44,437 nt of DNA, taken from Flammeovirgaceae bacterium (GTDB taxonomy: Bacteria; Bacteroidota; Bacteroidia; Cytophagales; MED-G16). The stretch spans positions 1-44,437 of the forward strand of contig JAYNOQ010000004.1 in assembly GCA_038113315.1 (NCBI GenBank), read 5' to 3'. The notes under the pieces are model-generated. The model worked only from the letters and a program-made list of their open reading frames with translations, was not told the DNA's origin and did not search any database. Both the position numbers and the translations under genes were made by a program. Shown here piece by piece: positions 7,863 to 18,303 of this stretch; within the stretch, counting starts at the first letter, position 1, and the number at the start of each line of letters is the position of its first letter.

Positions 7863-10800
7863 AATTTCTTAAAAACTTTATTATGAATAGTAATTTCTTT
7901 CCCATTTGATAAATTACTGACATGCAATTTATATATATAGATTCCTTGGGGCAAAGGATAATTGTTTAAATCATTGCCATCCCAGTGAATGTCATCAATA
8001 ACTGAAGATGAAAACTCATAAGTATTTTGATATTCATATACTTTATTTCCTCTTATATCATATATATCTATTGTTACATATAAAGATTGGTCATCTTGAG
8101 GGAGGTCAAATTTAAAAGTAGTAAAATCACTAAATGGATTTGGGAAGTTCATAATATTTTTGATATTAAGCCTATTATTGTCACCAATAATAAATACAAC
8201 TGAATTTGATGATGGATTATTATAATTATCAGTGACTTTTATTTCAATTTTATGTTTTCCAGATCCTAATTCTCCTAATGGATATCTAATAAACCCTCTC
8301 TGATAATCATTTTTATTATACGAAAAATAATCAGTTAATATAACAGAAATCGAATCATCAATTATTCCTATCATTTTTTGGTAAGGATTTATATTAGTTA
8401 GATTAATACCATTTTCGTCGAAGACCTCAACAATCAATAACGGTGACTTAGATACTTTATCTCCAGATTTAAAATCCATATCATCGACATAAATATTCAA
8501 TTCCGGACCTTTTTTATCTAATTCAAACTCATTTGAAGTTCCTCCTATAATAAAATTAGAAAAATCAATTGCTTCTTGGAAAGAAACTGTATCAGTTGCA
8601 AAAAGATTTATTTTTCCTTTACCAAAATTATATTCAATATTTAAAGGCACTGTGAATTCAAAAGTAAAAGATCCATTAATTACACTTGAATACCCCTTAA
8701 ATATCATGTCATCCCACTCATCAAAACTAAACGGATCACTTTCATCACCTAGAGTAAGTTTAGAAGAAATCTTATCAAATACTTCAGAAAAAATCTCTCC
8801 ATTAAATGTTTCAATTTTTTCATTATTAAAATCTACTATATCACCTGAAATTACAACTTTACCCCCAGACTTTAGTGTATCTATTTCGTTTATAGATATG
8901 TCATATTTTGGATAAATTAATTTAAGAGAGGGATCTCCTAATAATGCAAAATTTCGATTTATAGGCCCGCTGAGACTATTATTTTTGGTGTCTACAAAAA
9001 TATCTCCAAGCCTTCTAAAATCATTATCTTTTTTACTAAATACATTTTTATAAAATTGATTATTTAGTCTAAAGTTAGTCTGAGAAAAAACTGGCCTTGT
9101 AGTTGTAAGAAGGGCAATTGCCCCTCCATTACCCTTATTTAATAATAACTCCCCCCCTGATGTAATCAGAGGATCATCAAATTTTCCAAATTCACAAGTA
9201 GCAGTTATAAAAAGTGGGAGTTTTGATCTATTATCCCAGTTGTAAATTGAGTTATCATCAAGAATTTTTTCTTCAGTCCAAAAAAACTCATTTCCGTGAC
9301 CAATATAATTTACAATCATACTGCCCTTTTCAATTGCATCATCTAATTTAGATTTGGTTTGATTAGATAATTTAACTCCACCAATGACCTCCTGCCTAAA
9401 ATTATCAAGATAAATTTTTCTAATATTATATTCAGGATTCTGTTCATTTAATAATTTAAAATGATTTTCAGCATCATTCTGATGAACATTATTATCACCG
9501 TCATCAGCAATTAAAAATATATTCTTTTTCCAATCTCCCATAACTTGATTTTTTTTTGAATATGTGTAAAGCTTATCTACATAATCTCTTGAATCAGATT
9601 TATTATTGCTTGGGATACGTCCTATACTAACTTCAAGATCATGATCACCATTTAAATTCTCAATCCAAATTCCTTCATCACTCTCTAAAAAACCAAAATA
9701 GTCATCAGAAGAAAAACTATATATATTATTAATTGAATTATATGATTGATAGATAGGGATAAAATTAGTGTTATTTGGAACTCTATCTTTATAGTCATAT
9801 GAACAGTCACCAAATAAGAGAACATATTTTAGTTTTTTATCTGAAATGTTATAAACATGTTTTATATAATTTCTAATCGCTGACACATCTTGATTACCAG
9901 AGGAGAACTGATTATATATATCATTAATATTAGTGATAGATACACTCAAACCTTCCGCCTCTCTAAGAAGTTTTATTCTCTGAGAATCTTGAAAAAAATT
10001 ACTATGAGTAATTATTAATAAATCAGGACTTATGCCATTTAAAATATTAGAGTTTTTAACTTTCTTTGAAAAGAATGGATAAACAATATCTTCTAGATCA
10101 AATAGAATATTTCTACTATATAAACTATCATTTTTTATCACGTAATAATTATCATTTTCATTATTTGTAAGTAATTCATAAATATTGTATGGATTTGAAA
10201 TATTCCAAAACTTCAAATTATTGTTTCCATTTTCATCAGTACCATGAGTTTTATCTATTGAAATATTATACTTCCTAAATAATTTTTTATTTTCCGGATG
10301 AGTATAAAATATTAAATTGCGGCCTGAATAAGAATTTAACTCTATTAAGCCTGTTATGTCAACATAATCCAAATAAGATATTGCAGAATTATTTCCAGAA
10401 TATTTTAAATTGACAAATCCTTGATTAGGGAAGTAATTAAAATTTACCTTTTCTACTTGACTCAAAATTTTATTTCCATATATACCTTCTTTAATAGTAT
10501 TCATCTCAAATGTTGATAACTCATAATCATCTACTTTCACAGTAAAAGATGAAGGAACTGTAGATCTTGATACTAGTCCAAACTCTAAAGAAACATCAGA
10601 GTCTTTTATAATAAACTCATTAAGGGGGATATTTAATGAATTTCCAGGAGAAAAAATTTCACCATACCAATATCTTCCAGACTGAATAATATTATATAAA
10701 TCATTTTCATATCTATAGTTAAAAAATACATCTTTGACTTCTTCCTCAAAATTAGTCGAGGTTTCCTCTAAATTAATTTCTCTAGGCTTATCTCCATCTA

Positions 10801-11227
10801 ACCTAATAAAATAATACGCTGTATCAGTATAAATATTTTTTTCAGTTTTGATTCTTTTAGACTCTATATCATAAAAAATTTTATCAGAAGATTGTAAATA
10901 AAAATAAACAAACTCATTATCCTCAAATATATTATTTGAATTCCCTGAAAATCTTGTTTGAATTTCTTGTGGATTTATTTTATTAGACAGTGAATTTAAT
11001 TGTGGTAATGCCCCATTATAACCTGATCCATAAACTTGTATGTTTTTTGGATCAAAACCATTAGTAGGTATATTATTTTTTTCTAAAAAATTCTTATCAA
11101 TTTTAAAAACTCCTGATTCTAATACTCCAACTTTAAACCACTCACCATTATCCAGAATTGAGTTCTGAGAAATAATATTATTTGATAGAAAAAATAAAAC
11201 TATAAAATAGAATAAACTTTTCTTCAT
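7859..11227 (-). CDS. porU: Type IX secretion system sortase PorU (gingipain C25 family)
   Basis: S.L..GEWFK N-terminus, YVLLFGD.SYDYK, SDDYFGFL, IGRIP, NYIGHG (His), TATCEF (Cys), LLGDP; C-terminal T9SS CTD NFPNPF...IYDIRG...WDG...GIYIYKL. Confidence 0.96.
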   Translation of the reverse strand: MKKSLFYFIVLFFLSNNIISQNSILDNGEWFKVGVLESGVFKIDKNFLEKNNIPTNGFDPKNIQVYGSGYNGALPQLNSLSNKINPQEIQTRFSGNSNNIFEDNEFVYFYLQSSDKIFYDIESKRIKTEKNIYTDTAYYFIRLDGDKPREINLEETSTNFEEEVKDVFFNYRYENDLYNIIQSGRYWYGEIFSPGNSLNIPLNEFIIKDSDVSLEFGLVSRSTVPSSFTVKVDDYELSTFEMNTIKEGIYGNKILSQVEKVNFNYFPNQGFVNLKYSGNNSAISYLDYVDITGLIELNSYSGRNLIFYTHPENKKLFRKYNISIDKTHGTDENGNNNLKFWNISNPYNIYELLTNNENDNYYVIKNDSLYSRNILFDLEDIVYPFFSKKVKNSNILNGISPDLLIITHSNFFQDSQRIKLLREAEGLSVSITNINDIYNQFSSGNQDVSAIRNYIKHVYNISDKKLKYVLLFGDCSYDYKDRVPNNTNFIPIYQSYNSINNIYSFSSDDYFGFLESDEGIWIENLNGDHDLEVSIGRIPSNNKSDSRDYVDKLYTYSKKNQVMGDWKKNIFLIADDGDNNVHQNDAENHFKLLNEQNPEYNIRKIYLDNFRQEVIGGVKLSNQTKSKLDDAIEKGSMIVNYIGHGNEFFWTEEKILDDNSIYNWDNRSKLPLFITATCEFGKFDDPLITSGGELLLNKGNGGAIALLTTTRPVFSQTNFRLNNQFYKNVFSKKDNDFRRLGDIFVDTKNNSLSGPINRNFALLGDPSLKLIYPKYDISINEIDTLKSGGKVVISGDIVDFNNEKIETFNGEIFSEVFDKISSKLTLGDESDPFSFDEWDDMIFKGYSSVINGSFTFEFTVPLNIEYNFGKGKINLFATDTVSFQEAIDFSNFIIGGTSNEFELDKKGPELNIYVDDMDFKSGDKVSKSPLLIVEVFDENGINLTNINPYQKMIGIIDDSISVILTDYFSYNKNDYQRGFIRYPLGELGSGKHKIEIKVTDNYNNPSSNSVVFIIGDNNRLNIKNIMNFPNPFSDFTTFKFDLPQDDQSLYVTIDIYDIRGNKVYEYQNTYEFSSSVIDDIHWDGNDLNNYPLPQGIYIYKLHVSNLSNGKEITIHNKVFKKL

Positions 11228-11269
11228 TAAGGTTAAATCAAATAATATTATAACTAAAAAAAATGAATA

Positions 11270-11953
11270 TTATTTCAAAAATAACTTTGAAAGTATTGCT
11301 TTTGAAAAGGAATAAATAACATAGAGAAATACAATTAAGAATAGTATTGAGTGACCATAAATGTATAATATTAATAATGAAGTTAAAAGGATAATATACT
11401 TCTCTAGATTTAATCTAAAATTAATGCTCTTAAATTTTAAGTTGAAAAATTTAATTTTTGATACCATTAAAAAAGAAAAAAGACTAATTAATCCTATTAA
11501 AATATTTTCATCTATAAAAGATGAGTATGGTCCATTATAACTTGATATAGATATAAAAAACAAGGCATTAGCTGGAGTTGGTAAACCTTCAAAAAAATCA
11601 TTATTATTTTCTGATAAATTAAATTTAGCAAGCCTAATAACGGAAAAGATTAATATAATAAAAGAAAAATACTTCAAGTTAGTATCATTAAATTCAGAGA
11701 TTTGAAAATAAAGAACTACTGATGGTAGTACTCCAAAAGAGATAAGATCTGCCAATGAATCGAGTTGCTTACCAAATTCTGATATAACGTTTAGTTTTCT
11801 TGCAAAAAAACCATCTAAAAAATCTAAAAATAGACAAGAATAAAATAGTAATAATATTGAAGATGAACTCTCACTATCAACTACATTAATTATACAATAA
11901 AATCCGATTATAAGATTTAATAAAGTAAACAGGTTTGGAATATTTTTTTTCAA
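11270..11953 (-). CDS. pssA: CDP-diacylglycerol--serine O-phosphatidyltransferase
   Basis: IPNLFTLLN, DFLDGFFAR...SEFGKQLDSLADLISFG (CDP-alcohol phosphotransferase motif), RLAKFN, FEGLPTP. Confidence 0.9.
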   Translation of the reverse strand: MKKNIPNLFTLLNLIIGFYCIINVVDSESSSSILLLFYSCLFLDFLDGFFARKLNVISEFGKQLDSLADLISFGVLPSVVLYFQISEFNDTNLKYFSFIILIFSVIRLAKFNLSENNNDFFEGLPTPANALFFISISSYNGPYSSFIDENILIGLISLFSFLMVSKIKFFNLKFKSINFRLNLEKYIILLTSLLILYIYGHSILFLIVFLYVIYSFSKAILSKLFLK

Positions 11954-12585
11954 TTTAAAAAAGGATTATTTTTTTTTTCTTCAATTATGGTGGTTATAGG
12001 TCCGTGACCAGGAAAAATAGTATCATCATCTCCTAATAAAAATAGCTTATTTTTTATACTTTCAATTAATACATCGTGACTACCTCCAGGTAAATCTGTT
12101 CTACCAATTGAATTTTTAAATAAGACATCTCCGCTAAAACAAATTTTATTTTCTCTAAAATAAAAACCTAAGTGACCAGGAGAATGACCTGGCAATGATA
12201 AAATTTCGATAGGTACTTCAATAAAAAATAATTTAGAAGAATCATCAATAAGTTTTATATTATTTTGATGATCATATTTATCAAAACCAAACATAGAAGC
12301 ATAATTAATCATATTATCATGAAAATCTAACTCAGATTTAGGGATATAAGTATCAATTGAGTATTCATCAGATAAGTATTTTATTCCAAGTACATGATCA
12401 ATATGCACATGGGTAACTAGAATAAACAAAGGAGATAATGAGTTATCCTCAATAAAGTTTTTTATTTCGGAGTTTTCATTATCATAATAATTACCTGGAT
12501 CAATAATAATACATTTACCGTCTTTAATGACAAGATAAGTGTTTTCTTGGTAATCATTAAAAGTAAAAGATTTGACTTCCATCAT
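11950..12585 (-). CDS. MBL-fold metallo-hydrolase (glyoxalase II/YcbL-like)
   Basis: THVHIDH, PGHSPGH, SGDVLF..SIGRTDLPGG, PGHG..TT...EK..NPF. Confidence 0.92.
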   Translation of the reverse strand: MMEVKSFTFNDYQENTYLVIKDGKCIIIDPGNYYDNENSEIKNFIEDNSLSPLFILVTHVHIDHVLGIKYLSDEYSIDTYIPKSELDFHDNMINYASMFGFDKYDHQNNIKLIDDSSKLFFIEVPIEILSLPGHSPGHLGFYFRENKICFSGDVLFKNSIGRTDLPGGSHDVLIESIKNKLFLLGDDDTIFPGHGPITTIIEEKKNNPFLN

Positions 12586-12635
12586 TTTCTATTTTATTTA
12601 CAAATTTGAGATTTAAATGATTATATATGTAATAA

Positions 12636-13646
12636 ATGACAAAAAAATATGATTATTTAATTATTGGTCAAGGTATTGCAGGATCAGCGTTTGCTTGGAA
12701 TTTACATTTTAAAAATAAATCATTTTTGATATTGGATTCCAAAGAGAAAAATTCAGCTTCAAAGGCAGCATTAGGAATATACAATCCAATAACTGGAAGG
12801 AGAAATAGTTTAACATGGAATGCAGATAAACTTTTTAACACTATTGAAAGTTTTTATTCTAAAGTTGAGAAGATTATAGAAAAAAAAATTATTTATAAAA
12901 AAAATATATTTAGACCATATAAAAATAATAGTGATATAAATAATTGGACTGTAAGATCGGAAAATTCTAAATTCAAAAATTACATAAAGAAATTAGATAA
13001 GAAAGGAGTCTTAACTTCAAAAAGTGGACATATAGATGTTTCAAAATATTTGATCGAGACAAGAAAATATTTTAAATCATTGGATCGTTATATTGAAAAA
13101 AAAATAACTTCCAAAAATATTATTTTGAATAAAAATAAAATAATAATTAATGGCTTTAAGGCTAAAAATATAATTATGACCTTAGGAATAAATCAAAATC
13201 AACTTGACTTATTTTCATATCTCCCTCTGAGACCGGTTTCAGGAAATAGTATTTTTGTAGAAGCTGATTTTAAATCAAAAAATATAATAAATGATAGAAT
13301 ATCTGTAATAAATACATCAAAAAACAATTTACACGCTGGATCAACTTACCATAATGGATTTGAAAATATGGGTACTGATAAAATTAAAAATCATTTAAAA
13401 AAAATAATTAAAAAAGATTTTAGGATTAAACAATATAAATTTGGGGTAAGACCAGCAACAAAAGATAGAAGGCCATTTGTAGGAAGACATTATGAATTTA
13501 ATAATTTATTCATACTTAACGGTTTAGGTTCAAAAGGGGTTAGTCAATCTCCTTATTGCTCAAAGGAATTATTAAACTATATTGAATTCAATAAAAATTT
13601 AGACAGAGAAATAAACATTGAAAGAATCAAAAACGTAGGTGAATAG
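12636..13646 (+). CDS. FAD-dependent oxidoreductase (DAO/MnmC-oxidase-like family)
   Basis: YDYLIIGQGIAG dinucleotide motif, GSTY, GVRPATKDRRPFVG, NGLGSKG. Confidence 0.85.
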   Translation: MTKKYDYLIIGQGIAGSAFAWNLHFKNKSFLILDSKEKNSASKAALGIYNPITGRRNSLTWNADKLFNTIESFYSKVEKIIEKKIIYKKNIFRPYKNNSDINNWTVRSENSKFKNYIKKLDKKGVLTSKSGHIDVSKYLIETRKYFKSLDRYIEKKITSKNIILNKNKIIINGFKAKNIIMTLGINQNQLDLFSYLPLRPVSGNSIFVEADFKSKNIINDRISVINTSKNNLHAGSTYHNGFENMGTDKIKNHLKKIIKKDFRIKQYKFGVRPATKDRRPFVGRHYEFNNLFILNGLGSKGVSQSPYCSKELLNYIEFNKNLDREINIERIKNVGE

Positions 13647-13647
13647 T

Positions 13648-16600
13648 ATGCAAAAGTATATTATTATCTTTTTTTTAATATTATCAAATAATTTACTATC
13701 TCAAAGTAGTATTTATAATAAAATTGGAAAAAATAGAATTCAATATGAGTCATTTGACTGGGAAGTTATTTATAGTAATAATTTTGAAATATATTATAAC
13801 ACAAATAGTTTGTATATAGCTGAAATTGTTTCTAAGCATTTAGAAAATAATTTTTCATCCCTAACTAATAATGTAGGTCATCGACCATTTCAAAAAACTA
13901 AAATTTTTATCTACAACTCTGAAAGAGATTTAGAACAAAGCAATATAGGCATTAACGAAACTGATAAATTTTTATCAACTAATCTTAATCTCAATAATCG
14001 AATAGTTTTTAAGATCGCGTTCAATAATAATTTACATGAATTCAAGGAAGAGCTAAATTATGAGTTTTGCAAAGTGTTGATAAGTGATTTAATGCATGGA
14101 AATATGAGTTTTGCAAAAAGATTTGGTAAAGTTTCATTCATTAATATTCCAGAGTGGTTTTCTAAAGGTGCCGCTAGATATCTTGCTTTTGGATGGGATA
14201 TTGAAATGGATAATATTATTAGAGATTATTTCCTTACTGAAAATAAGAAATCACTTAATAAAATATCTGAAGATCAGGCAGGCTATATCGGTCAAAGTAT
14301 TTGGAATTATATCTCAATTACTTATGGAAAAAATACAATTTCAAATATTATAAATCTGACTAAGTTATTAAGGAATCCTGAAAAAGCTATATCAAGCTCA
14401 CTAGGTATTAACTTCAATAATTTAATTGATAACTGGTCAAATTTTTATTTATCAAATATTAATAGTTTCGAAAGAAGTTATAATGAATCGAATTTTGAAT
14501 CTTTAGATAAATATGATAATATAATTGATCTAAAACTTGATGAAGGCAACAATTATATATTATTCAGTTCAATAAAGAATAATTATAAAAAATTAGTGTT
14601 ACTAAATAGAAATTCTAAGAAATATAAGGTTATTGATAAATCTAAAAATAATTCAAATAAAGAATCATATTTTTTTAAGTGGATAGATTCTGAAAATATC
14701 TCATACTTAAAAGATATTAAAGGGATACAATACTTAATTTCCCAAAATATAATATCAAATAAAAAAACTTATAAATCTCTTAATAGATTTGATGAAATTC
14801 ACGGCTACTCATTCAATACTAATAGAAATTTGATTGCTTTAAGTGGCACAGAAAATAATCAAAGTGATATCTATCTTCTTGGTGTTAAATCAGACAACAT
14901 AAAAAAAATCACTGATGATTTAGCTCATGATATATTTCCTGAATTTCTTCAAAACTCAACTTCTATAGTTTTTAGTTCAAATAGAGCAAATAAAGATTTA
15001 ACTATAAAAGAAGCAAATCAGACTTCAGATTATAATATTTATCTATATAACTTGGATACGACTTCAAATAATTTAACTCAGTTAACTAAAAATGAAAGTG
15101 ATAATATCAAAGCAAAATCAATTTCAAAGAGTGGTATATTATTTTTAAGTGACAATAAAGGAATATTTAATTTATATAAATTAAATATTGGTAGTAAACC
15201 AAAACAATTAACTTCAAATAGTACAAATATTATCAATTATGATTTTAATAGTGATAAGAACAACTCCTTTTTAGCTTTTAACTCTCTAGTAGAAGGAAAA
15301 AATATTATAATTAAAGAAAATAACTTTATAACTGATACAGAGAAAATAAGTGAATCCACATCTAGAAAGAAGAAATTATTGTCTCAAAAAATCACTCAAA
15401 ATAAATTAAAAGAAATCTCAATACAGAAGAAAAGAAATGAAATTGACTTTGAAACTACTGAAGATTTTAATTTTGAGGATGATAAAATAATTACATCTTC
15501 AATCTTAAAAAATATTGAAAGAAAAAGAAATTCAAGAATAAATTCAAACTCAAAATATAGATATTCTTTTGTAAAAAATAATTTTAATAGTTTCATAAAG
15601 GTTGATCAGCAAGAAGGTTTAGGAACACAAGTTGAAACAGACTTTATTGAATTATTTGAAGATCATAAAATTTATGCTAGCGCTTTTCTTCCATTCTCAA
15701 GTTTAAAAAGCTCTGATCTTTACACTGAATATAGTTATTTAAAAAATAGATTTGATTTAAGAGTATCTCTCGATAGAAAAATTCTTTTTACAGAAGACTC
15801 TGAACGATTTATCTATCATAAATATTTATACAATCAATTAAATTTTAATATTTCTTATCCTATTTCAAAATTCTCAAGGTTTGAAATAGTTCCTTTCTTA
15901 GCAATTTATAAGTACAATGATTTAGATTATAGAATATTTAATAGTACTCCTCCATCATTTTCTTTTTATGAAAAAAATAAATTTCATGGATACAATATTA
16001 ACTTCAAATTTGATAATACTAACAAACTACAATCAAATCTTGAAGAAGGAACTAGGATCGAGTTCACTTTCAAAAACCATATTTCTAAAAATAAAAATTT
16101 CAAAAATTTAATTCTAGATATATCCCACCATCAACCGGTAACTGATGACATAGTACTATCTTCTAGACTATTCTACGGAAATTCCTTTGGAGAAAATCCT
16201 AACAAATACTTATTAGGAGGTGTGAATAATTCATTAATAAATAATATAGATAATAAGGGAATTAATGACCCATTACTTATTTCAAATGGTTATAATAATT
16301 ATAATTATATATTTGGAGAATATATCGATCTCAGAGGATATAACTTTAATAAATTTGATGGTTATAAAGTTTTAGTTTTAAATTCAGAGTTGAGAGCACC
16401 TGTAGTTAAGGCTTTAGCAGGAGGTTCAGTATCAAGTAGTTTTTTAAATAGTTTACAAATTGCTGGTTTTTTTGATTTAGGATCATCATGGAATATTAAC
16501 TCTCCATTCAGCAGTAAGAGTGATGTTAACACTTGGATAATAAAAGAGCCTGGATCAGTATTTCAAGCAGAAATAGAAAACTCAAAAAATCCATGGCTAG

Positions 16601-16728
16601 CAAGTTATGGACTAAGTATTAGATCATTTATATCAGATTATTATGTAAAAATTGATCTAGCAAAACCTATAGAAGATTATCAAATAAAAAGTACTAAGTT
16701 TCATATTTCTTTTGGTTATAGTTTTTAA
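13648..16728 (+). CDS. Omp85/BamA-superfamily outer-membrane protein with N-terminal peptidase-like domain and TolB/PD40 beta-propeller
   Basis: Signal peptide ...LLS|Q; GKNRIQY; IPEWF..G.A.Y; PD40-like repeats (DIYL...KKITDD...FPEF...IVFSSNR, LFLSDNKGIFNLY); Omp85 loop-6 motif LRGY, NSELR.P, FFDLGSSW; beta-signal ISFGYSF. ATG 13648 preferred over GTG 13639. Confidence 0.8.
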   Translation: MQKYIIIFFLILSNNLLSQSSIYNKIGKNRIQYESFDWEVIYSNNFEIYYNTNSLYIAEIVSKHLENNFSSLTNNVGHRPFQKTKIFIYNSERDLEQSNIGINETDKFLSTNLNLNNRIVFKIAFNNNLHEFKEELNYEFCKVLISDLMHGNMSFAKRFGKVSFINIPEWFSKGAARYLAFGWDIEMDNIIRDYFLTENKKSLNKISEDQAGYIGQSIWNYISITYGKNTISNIINLTKLLRNPEKAISSSLGINFNNLIDNWSNFYLSNINSFERSYNESNFESLDKYDNIIDLKLDEGNNYILFSSIKNNYKKLVLLNRNSKKYKVIDKSKNNSNKESYFFKWIDSENISYLKDIKGIQYLISQNIISNKKTYKSLNRFDEIHGYSFNTNRNLIALSGTENNQSDIYLLGVKSDNIKKITDDLAHDIFPEFLQNSTSIVFSSNRANKDLTIKEANQTSDYNIYLYNLDTTSNNLTQLTKNESDNIKAKSISKSGILFLSDNKGIFNLYKLNIGSKPKQLTSNSTNIINYDFNSDKNNSFLAFNSLVEGKNIIIKENNFITDTEKISESTSRKKKLLSQKITQNKLKEISIQKKRNEIDFETTEDFNFEDDKIITSSILKNIERKRNSRINSNSKYRYSFVKNNFNSFIKVDQQEGLGTQVETDFIELFEDHKIYASAFLPFSSLKSSDLYTEYSYLKNRFDLRVSLDRKILFTEDSERFIYHKYLYNQLNFNISYPISKFSRFEIVPFLAIYKYNDLDYRIFNSTPPSFSFYEKNKFHGYNINFKFDNTNKLQSNLEEGTRIEFTFKNHISKNKNFKNLILDISHHQPVTDDIVLSSRLFYGNSFGENPNKYLLGGVNNSLINNIDNKGINDPLLISNGYNNYNYIFGEYIDLRGYNFNKFDGYKVLVLNSELRAPVVKALAGGSVSSSFLNSLQIAGFFDLGSSWNINSPFSSKSDVNTWIIKEPGSVFQAEIENSKNPWLASYGLSIRSFISDYYVKIDLAKPIEDYQIKSTKFHISFGYSF

Positions 16729-16736
16729 ATTCAAAT

Positions 16737-17594
16737 ATGATAAAATCAATGACAGGCTATGGCTTTAACTCATTAGATAAAAAGAAATACTCTATTGAAG
16801 TTGAAACAAAAACACTAAACTCCAAATTCTTTGATTTCAATTTAAAATCTAACTTAGAATTAGGTGGAATTGAAAATGAAATAAGAAATTTTGTAAAAAA
16901 TAAATTAATTAGAGGGAAGGTAGAGATTAGTATCAATATCAATTACTCTGACAAATCGGTTACACTAGATAAAAACAAATACGAGGCTTTTTATAAGGAG
17001 ATAAAAAATTTAATAGAGGATAATACTATAAATGATATAGATATTCATAATAATATTTTTAAAAATTTATCTTATATCGAGAAGGAAAGAAATATAAATA
17101 TCTCAAAAAGTAGCATTATACCAGTTCTAAAAAAATCCATAATTAATTGTGTTCAATTTAGAGAGGAGGAAGGAAAAGCAATTGGAGATGATATCAAAAA
17201 AAATATAAAATTTTTAAAAAAAGAATTAAATCGAATCGAAAAGATAGATAAGTCAAGAAAAAAAAATATAAGTCAAAAAATTAAAAATAAAATATCATTG
17301 ATTAAGAATATTAAATTTGATAAAAATAGACTTGAACAAGAAATTTTTTATTTTTTAGAAAGGCTGGATATAAATGAGGAAATAACCAGATTAAATAAAC
17401 ATTTAAACTTGTTGATAAATACTATAGATCAAAAGAAATCTATAGGAAAAAAGTTAAATTTTATCTGTCAGGAAATAGGCAGAGAAATTAATACCATTGG
17501 ATCAAAATCTTCAGAATTTAAAATTCAATCTTCAGTTATAAACATGAAAGAATATTTAGAAAAAATAAAAGAAGAGAATTTTAATATACTCTAA
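16737..17594 (+). CDS. yicC: YicC/YloC family endoribonuclease
   Basis: MIKSMTGYG, KTLNSKF, RGKV, FREEEG, RLEQE...RLDINEEITRL..H, GKKLNFICQEIGREINTIGSKS. Confidence 0.93.
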   Translation: MIKSMTGYGFNSLDKKKYSIEVETKTLNSKFFDFNLKSNLELGGIENEIRNFVKNKLIRGKVEISININYSDKSVTLDKNKYEAFYKEIKNLIEDNTINDIDIHNNIFKNLSYIEKERNINISKSSIIPVLKKSIINCVQFREEEGKAIGDDIKKNIKFLKKELNRIEKIDKSRKKNISQKIKNKISLIKNIKFDKNRLEQEIFYFLERLDINEEITRLNKHLNLLINTIDQKKSIGKKLNFICQEIGREINTIGSKSSEFKIQSSVINMKEYLEKIKEENFNIL

Positions 17595-17616
17595 ATTCGG
17601 AATTTAGCCGAGTTTA
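17592..17616. terminator. Possible hairpin at the yicC/tonB convergence
   Basis: TAAATTCGG-AATTTAG-CCGAGTTTA gives a 9-bp stem with one G:U on the + strand and spans both stop codons. No clear U tract. Confidence 0.3.
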
Positions 17617-18278
17617 AATGTAATTGGAAGAATCATTCTAACCTTAACTGGTCTACCTCTTTGTTTACCAGGAGACCATTTTTTAGCTTTAGCGATTACT
17701 CTAACTGCTTCTTCATCACAGCCAGCACCAATACCTTTGATAGCTTTAACATCTGTTAGAGAACCATCTTTATCCACTACAAACTGAACAAAAACTTTAC
17801 CTTCTATACCCATCCTTCTAGCTTGAGCAGGATATCTTAGATTGGTTGCAACATACTTGTAAAATGCTCCCATTCCTCCAGGAGGTGTAGGCTGATCTTC
17901 AACAATAGTAAAGATCTCATCAACTTCTTCCTCTTCTGGAGCTTCTTCAAAAATAATTTCTTCAATTACGGTCTCTTCTGTAATCTCAACATCAATCTCA
18001 ATTTCAATCTCTTCTTCAATCTCTTCTTCATCTGGAACCTCAATAATTTCAGGTTGTTGAATAACAGGTGGTGGTGGTGGTGGTTGTTCAGTTGGTGGTA
18101 TTTCCATCAAATCCTCAAAATCATCTTCAATAGTTCCTAAATCCATACCTGCACCTCTATCATAAAATTTCCATTCGAACGCAGTTATTACAAGTAATAG
18201 ACTTACACATAAACCGATATTTAAAAACAATCCACTCTTTTTTTCTAAATCAGCTTTTGGGTTCTTTTTTATTTCCAT
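17604..18278 (-). CDS. tonB: Energy transducer TonB
   Basis: N-terminal TM helix (GLCVSLLLVITAFEW), PPPPPP and acidic linker, C-terminal domain LRYPAQARRMGIEGKVFVQFVV...W.PGKQRG.PV.V...LPITF. Confidence 0.95.
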   Translation of the reverse strand: MEIKKNPKADLEKKSGLFLNIGLCVSLLLVITAFEWKFYDRGAGMDLGTIEDDFEDLMEIPPTEQPPPPPPVIQQPEIIEVPDEEEIEEEIEIEIDVEITEETVIEEIIFEEAPEEEEVDEIFTIVEDQPTPPGGMGAFYKYVATNLRYPAQARRMGIEGKVFVQFVVDKDGSLTDVKAIKGIGAGCDEEAVRVIAKAKKWSPGKQRGRPVKVRMILPITFKLG

Positions 18279-18303
18279 TTCAGTAATTTAATTAAATTAT
18301 ATT

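Noticed and set aside
17925-18084. (GGT)6 tract at 18067-18084 and TCTTC/ATCTC-type repeats in tonB
   Set aside because: They encode the normal poly-Pro and Glu/Ile-rich TonB linker, are in frame, and are not a contingency locus or CRISPR.
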